Below, piece by piece: positions 51,230 to 63,686 of a stretch of 64,000 bases of DNA. The stretch comes from Mobula hypostoma. Lineage: Eukaryota. The first letter of the stretch is position 1, and each line of letters starts with the position of its first letter. The stretch lies in assembly GCF_963921235.1 (NCBI RefSeq), contig NC_086108.1:85748001-85812000 (forward strand), written 5' to 3'. A program made the position numbers and the translations under genes. The notes below the pieces were generated by a model that did no database searches, was not told the origin of the DNA, and saw only the letters and a list, made by a program, of their open reading frames with translations.

Positions 51230-51620
51230 TTCAACAGCAGCATCAAAGCTCAAGAGCTTGATATTGTACAGGACAATTCAGCTTGCATTCCCATCCACTC
51301 CCATTCACTCACTTCACCAATGATATTCAGCAAATTACCTTAGGCAGCACTTTCTAAGCTCACAACTTCGACCTGATAAGGGCAACAAACGTACAGGGAC
51401 ATCACCCTCTGGAAGTTGCTCTCCAAGCACGATATCCTGACTTGAAAAATATCACCATTCATTCACCAGTCCTAGTACTTTCTCCCCAACAGCATCATAG
51501 GTATACACACATCTCAAAGATTGCAGAGGTTCCAGAAAGCAGCTTCCCATCACCTTCCCAAGGGCAACTAAGGACAAGTAATACTGGGCTAGCCTGCACA
51601 GCCCACATTCCTTGAATAAA
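51230..51620 (+). mobile_element. Ancient CR1/L2-group LINE 3' end
   Basis: Similar to 35870-35960 and 37070-37270. Confidence 0.55.
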
Positions 51621-51669
51621 TGTATTTGAAAATAGAGCAGAAAACAGCCACTACAATTAAGGCCTCAAT

Positions 51670-52150
51670 ATAGCAAAGATATGGAACCTTTAGAGAGGGT
51701 GCAGAGAAGATTTACCAGAATGCTGCCTGGATTAGAGGGCATGTTTTATGAGAATAGGTTGAGCGAGCAAGGAAGGGGTTTTCTCTTCAGGGAGAAGGAG
51801 GATAAGAGGTGACTTGATGAAGGTGTACACAATGTTACTGGCAGCAGAGACTTTTTCCCAGGGTAGAAATTCTTAATATGACAGGGCATAATTTCAAGGT
51901 TTTGGGAAAAAGCATAGGTGGGATGTCAGAGGGTCATTTTCGGGCACAGAGGTAAGGAGGTGCATGAAGTGGGCTGCCAAAGGTACAGATACATTGGCAC
52001 AGGTACAGAGGCAGATACATTGGGGACATTTAAGAGACTTTTAGATAGGTGCATGGATGAAAGATAAATGAGGGTTATATGAGAAGGAGAGGTTACATTG
52101 ATTTTAGAGAAAGTTAAAGGGCCAGAACAACATTGTGGGCTAAAGGACCT
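51670..52150 (+). mobile_element. CR1 3' fragment
   Basis: LERVQRRFTRMLPGLEG..RGDL, FKRLLDRCMD, (TGTTCTA)n tail at ~52155-52170. Confidence 0.85.
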
Positions 52151-52229
52151 GTACTGTTCTATGTTCTATGTGGACTGGGCCTTAAAACCCAGGAACATAG
52201 CCTGTCACATCTCTTGGTATGCATGATGA

Positions 52230-53600
52230 AAAAATCAGTTTCTCCTAGTTAGTGCAGTGGGAGCCCTGCATTGAGTTTAATCAGAAACTTGCTGAGTGCA
52301 TGTGAAAACAATTTAAAGGATTTGTGAATTTGTTGAAGAATCACTTTAAGCCAATGACAAGTGAGATTATACAAACATGTAAGTTTGATTTATGTTTAAG
52401 GAAACCTAATGAAACATTGGCTGAGCGTGAAGCTAAATTAGAATGGGTTTCTCCAAGTTTTGATTGTGCAACTCAAAATGCTTCGAGACAGGTTAGTGTG
52501 TGGGATCAATAACAATTGGATTTCGAGGTGGTTGTTAACGAAGGTGAATCTGACCTCTATTGACATACTGAAAATTACCCAAGCAATAGAATCAGCAGGT
52601 ACAGACATGTTGGACTTGAGAGCAACTATTCCATGTAACAGGATGCGCCCAGAGCAAGTGACAAAGTGCACTGTAATGAAGTAAACGAAAACATCATTTC
52701 AAAAAGGTGAGGAAAGATCGTTGTTGCTGTGAAGGGAAACTTGTGCTGTCTGTAAGCTGACTTAAGGCAAGAAAAGAGTCATTTATGTATGTCATTTCAA
52801 AGTCCATCCTGCCAGATTTCTAAAAATGAAGCTGAACAAACAAAATTAATATAAGTAAAACAAGGCGCATAAAATTCTGACCATGTAAAAGAATCAAGTG
52901 AAGACTGCAGTAAGAGGAAAGGTTTATACAGCTTAACAAAAAAAGTGGCTGACTTCATAAAAGTATGTGATCATAAAAATGGATGACAGGGATGCTTAAT
53001 ACTGATGAATCAGACATGAATATGCAGCCAGGTGGGTTGGGAACATTACACCCACATTTAGCAAAGCACAGTCAGCCCAGAATCCTACACAAGTATAGAC
53101 ATTGAAGAAGCTGGAGTTCCTGACATAACAGGGAAATATCAAAGACAGTTAAAACATTGCCATCCATTGTTGCAGAATTCAGACCAAATCAGTTGAAAAT
53201 AAGCTGACTGGAAAAATTTCCCTAGATTCCCTTCATTGTGTTAAAAAGGTGAGATTGGAATATCAGAAGAGGTACTGGAGATATGAAAAGCTTTTCAAAG
53301 AAGAGCTGAGCTTGTTAAATGATTCAAATCAATGCCCACATTGATCCCTGCACTACACCGTAGTTCTTCAAAACATGGTTAGTTCTTCAGGCAATGAAAT
53401 CAAATTTGCAGGCAGAAATCTGAAAAGAAAATAACTTAAGTCATTCAGTACTCTGAGTGGGCAGCATGCATTGTTAATATTAAAGCATGAGAGATCCATC
53501 AGGATTTGTGGCGATTACAAGTTGACTGTTAATTGAATCTCATCTCTGGAATGATATCCCTTCCAAGCATAGAAAACCTTCATGTGGTTCTGTCTGAAAT
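52230..53600 (+). mobile_element. Highly decayed Gypsy gag-pol remnant
   Basis: gag: LLKNHFKP..SEIIQ..F, MLRDRLVCGINN. RT: QYSEWAA..IV..SIRICGDYKLTVN...YP. Confidence 0.82.
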
Positions 53601-54149
53601 TTAGCTAGTATTTCAGCTGATTTCCCCTGAGTTCAAAGAAGGGCTTTGACCTTGAAAGTATATAAATATGCTGTTGTTTTCAAAGTTAGGAAATGCCATG
53701 GAGATACTAAGGCTCTCAAATATTTTGTTGAACGATATTGAATTACAGTTGTTTTGTGTGTTCTCCTTCAAGCCAACAGGGATCATGGTGCTTTTAAGGT
53801 CTTTTGTCACTGCTTTGATTTTTGGCAGATACAACTTTGGTTGACCTCCGCAAGGGTTAAAGACTTAAAGAAATAAATAGATTTCCCAAAGGATGAAATT
53901 CAACCTCAAAATTTGTGTGTTATGCTCAGACCTCAAGGGATGCTGTGAACTTTCTTGAGTCAGACTTTCCCGGATTGTGCTTGTGTTCCACTACCCACCC
54001 TAGCAGATTATTCCTACAGGCCCAGACTGTGGCTTAGCACTCAGTACCACTCACCATCCACAGCTCAAGGCTTTAATCATCTGGTTGTCTTTCATTGTAA
54101 TTGAGTTGTGTTGCTAAGATCAGCCTCCACTTTGTTCAACTCTTGAGCA

Positions 54150-54620
54150 TCGCGGCTTGGTATGGCAACTGCTCTGCTTATGATCACAAGAAACTGTAGA
54201 GAATTGTGAACACAGCCCAATGCATCACAAAGACTAGCCTCCCCTCCGCTGACTTGTTTGCAATTCCTGATGCCTTAGCTGAGCAGTCAACATAATAATG
54301 GACTCTTCTGACCCTGGCCATCCTCTTTTCTCCCTGTTTCCATTGGTCAAATGACACAAAAGCTTAATAGCATGTACCACCAGACTTGAGGACTGCTTCT
54401 ATCCCACTGTCACCTCATTCACTAAGAAATGATCTCTGCTCTCCCAAGCTACCTCACCGTGGCCCTTACATTTCATTTGTCTGTCTGCTCTGCACTTCCT
54501 CAGGAATGGCATTTTGTTTTTCGTTACACATCCTTGATGTACTGATGCACTGTGTCCTGATGGCAAGAAAACAAAACACTGCTCTTTGGTACAGATGACA
54601 ATAATAAATCAATACCAAGT
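54150..54620 (+). mobile_element. Rex1/Babar 3' fragment
   Basis: IAAWYGNCSA..KKL*RIVNTAQ, TTRLEDCFYPTV, UTR ending ATGACAATAATAAA. Confidence 0.75.
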
Positions 54621-55146
54621 TATAGTACAGCTCAAAAGTCCTTTTGAAATCAGAACATATTTTCTGCATATTCATGTGTAAATGTTTCATTCAGAAATGC
54701 GCTGATGAATGGCACTGTTGAAATCAGCTTTCACATGGTGTAGGGTTGATACTGTTAATTTAATAGGAGCGAAATAATTACTCAGATTCACCAAAACAGC
54801 TGGTTACCATTCAATTCAAAGGCTTTCATTATTATTTTAGAAATGTTAATGATAACAAATTGAAGAAATGCCCTCTTGTTTCAACACAAGCACATAGGAA
54901 ACAGAGGCAGAAACAGACCACCTCATCAATTTCACTTTCCCCACCCAGATCCACATTTGCTGATTCATTCAGTGTTTTTATTTCCAATGATCACAGCCTC
55001 GAATGTAACCAAAGACTGGAGTATCCAAAAATTCTCAACCCTCTCCTACTCTCATTCCTAAAGGGCTGACATCTTAACCTAACTGTGAATCCTATTTGTG
55101 GATACTTCAGCAAAGGTGTATTCAGAGTCATAGTCATAGAGTCATA

Positions 55147-55337
55147 GGGGTATATGCGGTGTCAGGGAGGGGTAGCACCTCTGGTGGGGGAACATGTCGC
55201 GTCCTTTTCAGGGCGGTTAGTCCACCTTTGGTCCCCACCTGGCACTCAGCTCTCACCTGTGGCTCCCCGTAGCTGTTTGCATGCGACAGAGCCACACCCT
55301 GGGCAACGGCTTCGACAAGCCGGCTAAACCAGGTGAG
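55147..55337 (+). ncRNA. HDV-like self-cleaving ribozyme (copy 2)
   Basis: P1 GGGGTAT/ACACCCT with a G1-U wobble. P2 CTCACCTGT/AC-c-AGGTGAG. P3 GGC/GCC. P1.1 GG 55301. GCAA. P4 CGGCTT-CGAC-AAGCCG. GCTAA with C55324. Confidence 0.72.
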
Positions 55338-55718
55338 GGTAGCTGACGGGTCTTAAACCCTCGGTGAGATAGGGAGTTGTCTATCCCAGCATGTGAAGAC
55401 AGACTCTGGCAGATTGAGCGGACAAGACCAGCGTAAAGGCCAACGGTCAAGAAGGCGGTCTCTGCAAGCGTCGTGGAACGTGTAGAGCAGGACAAGACAC
55501 AGAAGACGTCCTGGTCATCCACTGCGCCTAGCCCCATCTCCAGCCATCTAGACTCTGTCTTCCCACTGGATCCAGATGGGAACTGGGAAGAGAGAGTGAG
55601 GTTGACGCTGCGCAACTCTCCCTCACTTAAATCCAAATCACGCGCTAGTCTCGACACCATCATTATGGTGTCGAGGTCCTCTTCGACGTCAACGATGGAC
55701 GAACAACAACAACAACAA
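55147..55718 (+). mobile_element. Non-autonomous RTE-related retroelement (copy 2, uninterrupted)
   Basis: (AAC)n tail at 55702-55719. TSD CATAGAGTCAT at 55135-55145 and 55719-55729. Collinear with 8481-9303. Confidence 0.82.
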
Positions 55719-56614
55719 CATAGAGTCATGGAGAGTCACACAGTCATAGCGAGAATATATAAACTCCACACAGATAGTGCCCGTGTTCAGGACTGATCCC
55801 TGGAGAAATATGTATTGAAATTAACCATTTGATGTAACAAAATGGAGCAGACAATCCCAAAATGTTAAGAATGCCAAGCTAATGTGCTGCAAAATGTATA
55901 CGTGGCTACAACAAATGTGCTTACTAAAGGAAGATATGACTGCCAGCAATCATTGTAATGAATATTGTGCAAAAATAGGGAAGTAGGAGAGATGAGCCAA
56001 CTACAACAAATGTATTGGAAGGATTGAACTTGCTGGAAGAGGTAACCTTGTCTCGGTTTTATGCATAAAAAGAATGCTTTGTAAACAATGTCCCACCATC
56101 CCAGATTGGAGTGGAGGTGAACTTCCCCCTTGCAAGTAATAAAGGTGTGTGACAAACCTCTACTCAGAGTCTGTATGGTGTTTTATTTTGTGAAATTTAG
56201 TGGAGAAATACTCAACATCTCTGATCTTTGATGGTCAGTGGTAGCAGCTCTTCCAGCTGCGCCTCTGTTCTTCCCACTCTACTTTTAGTTGTGCACATCA
56301 GGTACATCCAGGAGGAAGTTGATGACTGTCATAGGGCAATGATTGTCAGCTGGTGGTGTTCTGCAAAGGATATTTTTCCTTTTGTTAATAAAAGTTGCTC
56401 TCCCAGAACTTTGAAAATACATTTTTATATTGTGCCTGAAGGAAGTAATTAAGCCTTTCTTTCTATTTAACTTTAATAATGCCATCAAAGACATTAAGAA
56501 GCCATTACCACAATTTCAAGAAGTATTTCCCTCATTTTGATAATTGTATATAATTTATGAGGGAAATTTCTATGGAGGGCAGAAACCTCTGGATTATCAG
56601 AACCACAACAAATA

Positions 56615-58115
56615 CACTCAGTGCCCACTTTATTAGGTACACCTATTCGTTAATGGAAATATCTAATCAGTCAATCATGTGGCAGCAACTCAATACATAA
56701 AAGCATGCAGACATAGTCAAAAGGTTCAGTTGCTGTTCAGATCAAACATCAGAATGAGGAGGAAATGTGATCTAAGTAACTTTGACTGTGGGATGATTGT
56801 TGGTGCCAGGCAGAGTGGTTTGAGTATCACAGAAACTGCTGATCTCCTGGGATTTTCACACATAACAGTCTCTAGAATTTACAGAGAATGATGCGAAACC
56901 CAAAAACATCCAGTGAGTGGCAGTTCTGTGGGTGAAACTGCCTTGTGAATGAAAGAGGTCAGCAATGAATGGCCAGACTGGATCAAGCTAACAGGAAGGT
57001 GGCAGTAACAAATAACCACATATATGTGTACTCAGCCCCCTACTGTACTCACTGTACACCCATGATTCTGTAAGTTTGCTGATGACACAACATTTGTAGG
57101 CCTTATCTCGGGTAATGATGAGTTTGAGTACAGAGAGGAAATTAAGAACCTGGTGGCATAGTGTGAAGACAATAACCTATTCTTCAACGTCAGCAAGACG
57201 AGGGAGTTGGTTGTTGACTTTAGGAGTAACGGACCACACGACCCAATTTACATTGGTGGTGCGCAAGTGAAACAGGTCAAAAGCTTTAAGTTCCTTGGGG
57301 TCAATATCACAAATGACCTGATTTGGTCCAACCAAGCAGAGTCCACTGCCAAGAAGGCCCACCAGCGCCTTTACTTCCTGAGAAAACTAAAGAAATTTAG
57401 CCTGTCCCCTAAAACCCTCACTAAATTTTATAGATGCATCGTAGAAAGCATTCTTCTAGGGTGCATCACAACCTGGTATGGAAGTTGTCCTGTCCAAGGC
57501 CGGAAGAAGCTGCAGAAGATCGTGAACACAGCGCAGCACATCACACAAGCCAATCTTCCGCCCTTGGACTCACTTTACACCACACGCTGTTGGAGCAGAG
57601 CTGCCAGTATAATCAAGGACACGACCCACCCAGCCAACACACTTTTCGTCCCTCTTCCCTCTGGGAGAAGGCTCAGGAGCTTGAAGACTCGTACGGCCAG
57701 ATTTGGGAACAGCTTCTTTCCAACTGTGATAAGACTGCTGAACGGATCCTGACCCAGATCTGGGCCGTACCCTCCAAATATCCGGACCTGCATCTCAGTT
57801 TTTTTGCACTACCTTACTTTCCAATTTTATATTTTCTATTTATGATTAATAATTTAAATTTTTAATATTTACTATTGATTTGTAATCCAGGGAGTGGGAA
57901 GCACAGAATCAAATATCACTATAATGATTGTACATTCTAGTATCAATTGTTTGGCGACAATAAAGTATAAAGTATAAAGCAGTAAAGTGCAGAAGAGCAT
58001 TTCCGAACGGACATGTCGAAACTTGAAGTGGATGCGTGATAGCAGCAGAAGACCACGGACATACAGAAATACACTCAGTGGTACCTCCTGTACCTAACAA
58101 AGTGCCTACTGAGTA
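56615..58115 (+). mobile_element. Tc1-family non-autonomous transposon with N-terminal transposase remnant, split by Rex1
   Basis: TA-flanked TIRs CACTCAGTGCCCACTTTATTAGGTACA / TGTACCTAACAAAGTGCCTACTGAGT. HTH remnant MRRKCDLSNFDCGMIVGARQSGLSITETADLLGFSHITVSRIYRE. Confidence 0.88.
57025..57975 (+). mobile_element. Rex1/Babar 3' fragment
   Basis: CVLSPLLYSLYTHD, KFADDT, 181-aa frame ending LPSGRRLRSLKTRTARFGNSFFP. (AAAGTAT)n tail. Confidence 0.92.
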
Positions 58116-58174
58116 TAAGCTGGCCATTCTGCCCATCGTGACATGCTTGATTTTCAGCTGACTATAATTGGCAA

Positions 58175-59530
58175 ATTCATTTATTATTGTCACATGCACT
58201 AAGGTACAGAGAAAACCTTTGTTTTATATGCCATTTCATCCCATCACTGTACTGAGGTAGTACAAGGGCTAACAATAGCATAATATAGAGGAAGTGCAGC
58301 GCTGGCAGACAAGGTGGTTTAGGGCCAAAACAAGGTAGATTTTGAGATCAAGAGTCTATCATTTCACACTAGGGGACCAGTCAATAGTCTTATAAGAGTG
58401 GATGGAAGATGTCCTTGAGCTTGACGGTACGTGCTTTCAGGCTTTTGTGTCTTCTGCCTGATGGGAAGGAGAGGAATGGAGAATACTTGAGGTGGGTTGG
58501 AGTGTAGACAGCGAGAAATGTAGACAAAGTTCATGGAAGGGAGTCAGGTTTCCATGATGTGCTTAGCTGTATCCACAATGCTCTGTGGTTACTTGCAGTA
58601 TTGGGCAGTGCAGTTGCCAACCCAAGCCATGATACTATGACCAGGCAGGAGGTACTGAAACCTGAAGTCCCACACCACCATGTTCAAGAACAGCTAATTT
58701 GCTTCAAACCTAATCATTACAGGTTAGCAATACTATGACCACTTTGACAACTTTGCACTACCAAGGATTGTTATTTTTTGTTCTAATTATAATCATCAAT
58801 TAATAATAGGCATCCGTTAGTCTCATGAGACCATGGATTGGCACCTTGGAAGGTTTCCAAGGTGCAGGCCTGGACAAGGTTGTATGGAAGACCGGCAGTT
58901 GCCCATGCTGAAAGTCTCCCCTCTCCACACCACCAATGTTGTCCAAGGGAAGGGCACTAGGGCCAATACAGCTTGGCACCGGTGTCGTTGCAGAGCAATT
59001 TGTAGTTAAGTGCCTTGCTCAGGGACACAACATGCTGCCTCAGCTGAGGCTTGAACTAGCGACCTTCAGATCTCTAGACCATCATCTTAACCACTTGGCC
59101 ACGCGCCAACATGATCATCTTTTAAAAATTGTGTATAATTTACAATGTGTTTAATTTATCTTTTTCTTGTGAATGTTGCTGATATGATGCTATGTGCCAG
59201 CTATGCTTCTACAAATAGGTTTTTCATTGCATCCGTGCATGTGACAATACACTCAACTTTGACTTTGAATTGATCCAGGTAAGATGCTTTCTATTGTGCA
59301 TCTGGGAAAGTAGTGAGAGTCAAAGGGGACATGCTTAATTTCTGTAGCCTCTGAGAAAGACGAGACGCCACTGAGCTTTTTTTTTGCCATGGCGTCTACG
59401 ATGCTGGACTGGGACAGCGTATTGGTGATGTTCACACATCAGAATTTCAAGCGCTCTTTCCTCTTGACCTCAGCACTGTTGATGTACACTGCCTCCCTTT
59501 CTGAAGTCAAAAACCGGCTCTTGTTTTGAA
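58175..59530. mobile_element. Cluster of degraded Rex1 3' fragments in both orientations
   Basis: AAAGCACGTACC/TTCAAGAACAG segments, GACAATA..(CTTTGA) tails, ESILPG remnant. Confidence 0.6.
58800..59110 (-). mobile_element. tRNA-derived SINE (copy 2)
   Basis: Homologous to 20034-20350, with TGGCCAAGTGG A box and GTTCAAGCC B box. Confidence 0.85.
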
Positions 59531-59689
59531 GTGGATAGTGGACCAATATGTATATAGTGTACTTTGAAAACAATATACACATGGCTATGGAATTACCGCA
59601 AAACAGCTGCATGAAATTTCTAATACTTGTGTTGCTCAGTTGAGGCAGATCCCTTTTCCCAAGCAGAGGTGCAAACATTCTATAATATA

Positions 59690-60234
59690 TGTAATGGCTT
59701 CTTTGTAATGTTCACTGCTGAGGTAACGGTTTCTCTGCAGCAGAAATGTTTGGGTTACTGCTGGAGATAACAGGATTGTTAGCCAATCGGGGATTGTTGT
59801 TTTGTCTTGTGTATCTGGAAAGAGGTTGTTTTCGTAGTCTTTTGTTGAGAAGAGATGAAGAGGGAAGACTCGTGTGGAGAGAGCTGGTAGACCACCGGAC
59901 AGAGTGGACTGGGACCTGAGGGTCAAAAGGTCGATGACGTTCGGAGGAGATCGATGCTGGAAGAATGACTACTGAGTAAGCTCCAAAGAGACTTTGACTT
60001 TGAATTAGGCCCTTTTTTGTTTTTGTTTATTTTCATTACTAAGCCTATATTCAGATTAAGATTCACAAAGTGTATCATTTAATTGCATATGGTGTACTGT
60101 CTGATATTTTGCGCTGTGGGTTTGTAACTGGGGGTACATTACACAGCATTCACACAAACGTGATTACCCAGTTTAGTGGGGCCGAAGGCTGATTCCCCTA
60201 GACGAACGCGATCTGGCCGAGCCTGAGGGTTACA
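59690..60234. mobile_element. Solo LTR (545 bp)
   Basis: TGTAA...TTACA termini with 4-bp TSD TATA (59686-59689, 60235-60238). Confidence 0.75.
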
Positions 60235-60939
60235 TATACAACAAGGAGACATGATTTTTCTGCTACTTTCTCTGGCAGAGGCCTGCAGCAAGTGATCCTT
60301 ACCACCCAGCTCATTCAAGTCAAAGAATTTATGAATAGCTTGAGAGAATAAATATGGAACCATCAAAATGGTTCTTTTGGACAACCAGCAGGAAGTCATG
60401 AAGATTAAGGATCTGCTTGTTTTTTTAGCAATAGTTCTAATTCTCCAGGGCATTTTTTGACATTGCTCAGCCCTTCCCAAATATTGCCTCCTCTCCCAAG
60501 AGGAGCCTCTCTCCATGAAAGCTACTGCAAAGTTCCAGCATACTCATGGATCCCACATCAATAAAGCTTGACAACTCAACAATAGTTGAGGTTCAAGCCT
60601 GGTTTTCACTTTTGAGGAGTGGTTCCCATGCTCAGTAGACTTATTTGAAACAATAATTCAACCAATAGGGCAGGCAGAATATGTTATAACTGTGCTTCAG
60701 AGGGCTGGCATCAATGGTTAAGCCAGAAAATGATTAGGTTGATCAATTATAATCCTATTTCCCCATTGTAAACTTCAATATTCTTATCTCTGAAATGCTT
60801 ATCTGAATACCTCACACATTGCATTTAGAGATGAAAGTTCTTGTGTGCTCGTGCTGCAGTTGTGATGGGAATAAGCAGAAGATGTGAAAATGTCTCATTT
60901 ATCAGCTTTCTCCAGCAATTGCACTGCCACCTTGACCGA

Positions 60940-61430
60940 GTACTCTGCATCCAAAGCAACATGCAGTGGTATAAGTGAAAGTTCCCTTCAGGGGAAGATG
61001 GGATTTACTTGCACCTTGTCTAATTTAGTGCATTGCATTCTGTGGTCACAGTGTGATGTCCTTTAGATTGGAGAAGCCGGACACAGATCGTATGTCTGCT
61101 TTGGAGAATCATTCTGAATGATGCACAAGGGCACCGCAGTTTTCTGTCACTTCAGTTCTCCATCCTACTGATATCTACCTTTCCTGTCAGTGGCCTCGTT
61201 CATCGTTACAGCAAAGGTCAATATAAACTCGAGAGATGGAACCCTGTCCTCTGTGAGTTGGCACCATGGCACATCACAGAATACAGCAAACTTGAGAAAA
61301 CCTGCAGTGCTCAAAAATCCAAAGAAACACATACAAAATGCTGGAGGAACTCAGCAGGCCAGCCTGCGTCTATGGAAAAGAGTAAATCGTTGATGCCTCG
61401 GGCCGAGACCCTTCTACAGTCCTGAATACA
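60940..61430 (+). mobile_element. Degraded Penelope GIY-YIG remnant (+) abutting a pLTR fragment (-, 61280-61430)
   Basis: FTCTLSNLVHCILWSQCDVL*IGEAG. The pLTR contains GGGCCGAGACCCTTC. Confidence 0.7.
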
Positions 61431-61889
61431 GTCCTTTATGTGTTGCATAGAGTACATCAATTTAGCAAAAACAGTCTGCTGTATTTTAGTGATTAAAGAT
61501 TCCAATCTTTAATCTCTAATCTCAAGACTATTTTTCCTCTGTCCTGTTTTATTTTATCAGATTTCATTCATTTCTTATTTACACCCATACCAGATGAATA
61601 TTTTGCTATTTACTAGCCTTTGCCACTCTGTCTCAATCAGCACCCACACAACTTGTCTTTCAACACGCTTACCTGACATATTGAGCCTTCAGATTTATAT
61701 TTGAATTAGCAACAGCTGATAACTTTTCAGTTTTTGTAAGAAAATCTATGATTATTTTCTAAAGGTCATTTGCGATAACATTTTACCTCATTGCTTGTTG
61801 AATTTCTCCTCTTGCAATCCTTTCTATAATGTTACAATCACAGTGGAAAAAAAGCAGTCAGGGTAGTGTACAGACCTCAAGTCTATGCA

Positions 61890-62860
61890 CCAGGACCACA
61901 CAAGTGAGCTAATAGTGCAGCTCTATAAAACATTGGTTAGCACATTTGGAATATTGTGTTCAGTTTTAGTTGCCTCATTATGGGAAAGAAGCTTTAGAGT
62001 GGGTGCAGAGGAGATTTACCAGGATGCTGCCTGGATTAGAGAAGCATATCTTATGAAGAGAGGATGAGTGAGATAAGGCTTTTCTCTTTGGAGCAGAGGA
62101 TGAGGGGTGACTTGATAGTGGTGTACAAGATGAACAGAGGCATAGATGCACAGAAACTTTTTCCCAGGATGGAAATGGTTATTGCAAGAGGGTAAGATTT
62201 GATGCATCTCATTTCCAATGCCTATATCTTCCTACAGAAATGAGATGCTATCGCAATATCTTGGGCATCTCATACTTGGACCACATCACAAACGAGCAGG
62301 TCCGCAAGACCATCCAGCCCCACATTGGCCCCCATGAAGACCTTCTCACAATGGTGAAGGAAAGAAAGCTGAGATGGTACGGCCACATAACAAGATCCAG
62401 AGGCCTTGAAAAGACCGTTCTACAAGGAACTGTGGAGGTGAAAAGAAGGAGAGGTTGACAGAGGAAAGGATGGATGGACAACATTAAAGAATGGACAGGG
62501 AAAACGTTTGCGGTGAGCCAGGCTCTGGCACACAACCGCGACAGAAGGAACAGACTGGTGCAAAGCTTGACATGACGGCACCCCGACGACTCCACCAGGA
62601 GTTAAGGGCACAAGGAAGGAAAGAAGGATGATTTTATGGTGATGTCAGAGGTAAGGTTTTTATACAGAGAGTGGTTGGTGCCTGGAATGTGCTGCCTGGG
62701 GTGGTGATTGAGGCAGATACTTTAAGGAAATTCATGAAACACTTAGATACGTGCATGGATAACAGAAAAAAACCAGGGCTATGTAGGAGGGGAGGGTTAG
62801 ATTGATCTTAGAGTAGATTAAAGGACCAGCACAACATCGTTGGCCTGTACTGTGCTGTTA
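61890..62860 (+). mobile_element. CR1 3' fragment split by RTE
   Basis: QLYKTLV, RFTRMLPGL, FFIQRVVGAWNVLP. Confidence 0.82.
62200..62628 (+). mobile_element. RTE-clade LINE 3' fragment
   Basis: EMRCYRNILGISYLDHITNEQV..KLRWYGHITR..VLQGTVE..RRRG..WMDNIKEWTG, (AAGG)n tail. Confidence 0.88.
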
Positions 62861-63686
62861 TGTTATTTTTTTTTGAGATACAGTACAGAGTAGGCCCTTC
62901 CTGCCCTTTGAGCTGTGCCCCTCAGCAATCCCTGATTTAACCTGGGCCCAGTGATTCTCAATGGGGCGTTCGGAAGAAATAGAGGTCAGAGGGCATTCAA
63001 GATTCTTTGTGGGGGGGCAGCGGTAAGCGGCCCGAGAACTGACCAACCATTAGTAGATCAGGCACTTCCAAAAAAAAGGGATGAGGCACTGGAACACAGG
63101 AAGAACCTTAGAATTGCAGGCGGTGAAATAGAGACAATCAGTGACCTTGAGAATTCCTCTTGCGGTGTTCAAAGTGACCTCAGCTTCATATGTGCGGTCA
63201 AGAACCATCTTTGGGGATTATCAGACCTTACGTGAGTGGTTAATCTTGCTAACTAGGATAGTATAAAGGTAGATTGATGAACATCATCCCTATCCTGACT
63301 AACATTCAGATTCCGATCTGAATCCTTGTCAACATAATGTTCGCCATTGTGATCGTCTTCATCTTTGCCTCACCGTTTCTTTGTGTGCCACTACCATCGT
63401 TCCATCTGTGTCAACTCACTGTCATCATCAATATCTAATAGACATTCCCAGTTTGTGTTAATTTTTAATTTTAATTGAACCCGTTGATGATAGATAAATA
63501 CTTATGACGCAATCTTTATGCGTCTAAAGGTGGTGAAGTCTTGAATTCTAATCCTGCTAAGAAACAGAAACTATAGGAAGTTCGTAAATGCAATGTTATA
63601 TACCTGGAGTATGGTTTTATTCTGTTGCTGTCAGATCAGCTATGCTCCATGTGTCTTATTTGTAATACTGTACTGTTCGAAGGGCG

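Noticed and set aside
55253..55796. ORFs with poly-Cys / poly-Gln
   Set aside because: They come from the (AAC)n retroelement tail and are not proteins.
56165..56360. Possible minus-strand exon after CCTTTGCAG
   Set aside because: Stops in all frames and a weak donor; at best a UTR exon that cannot be tested from sequence.
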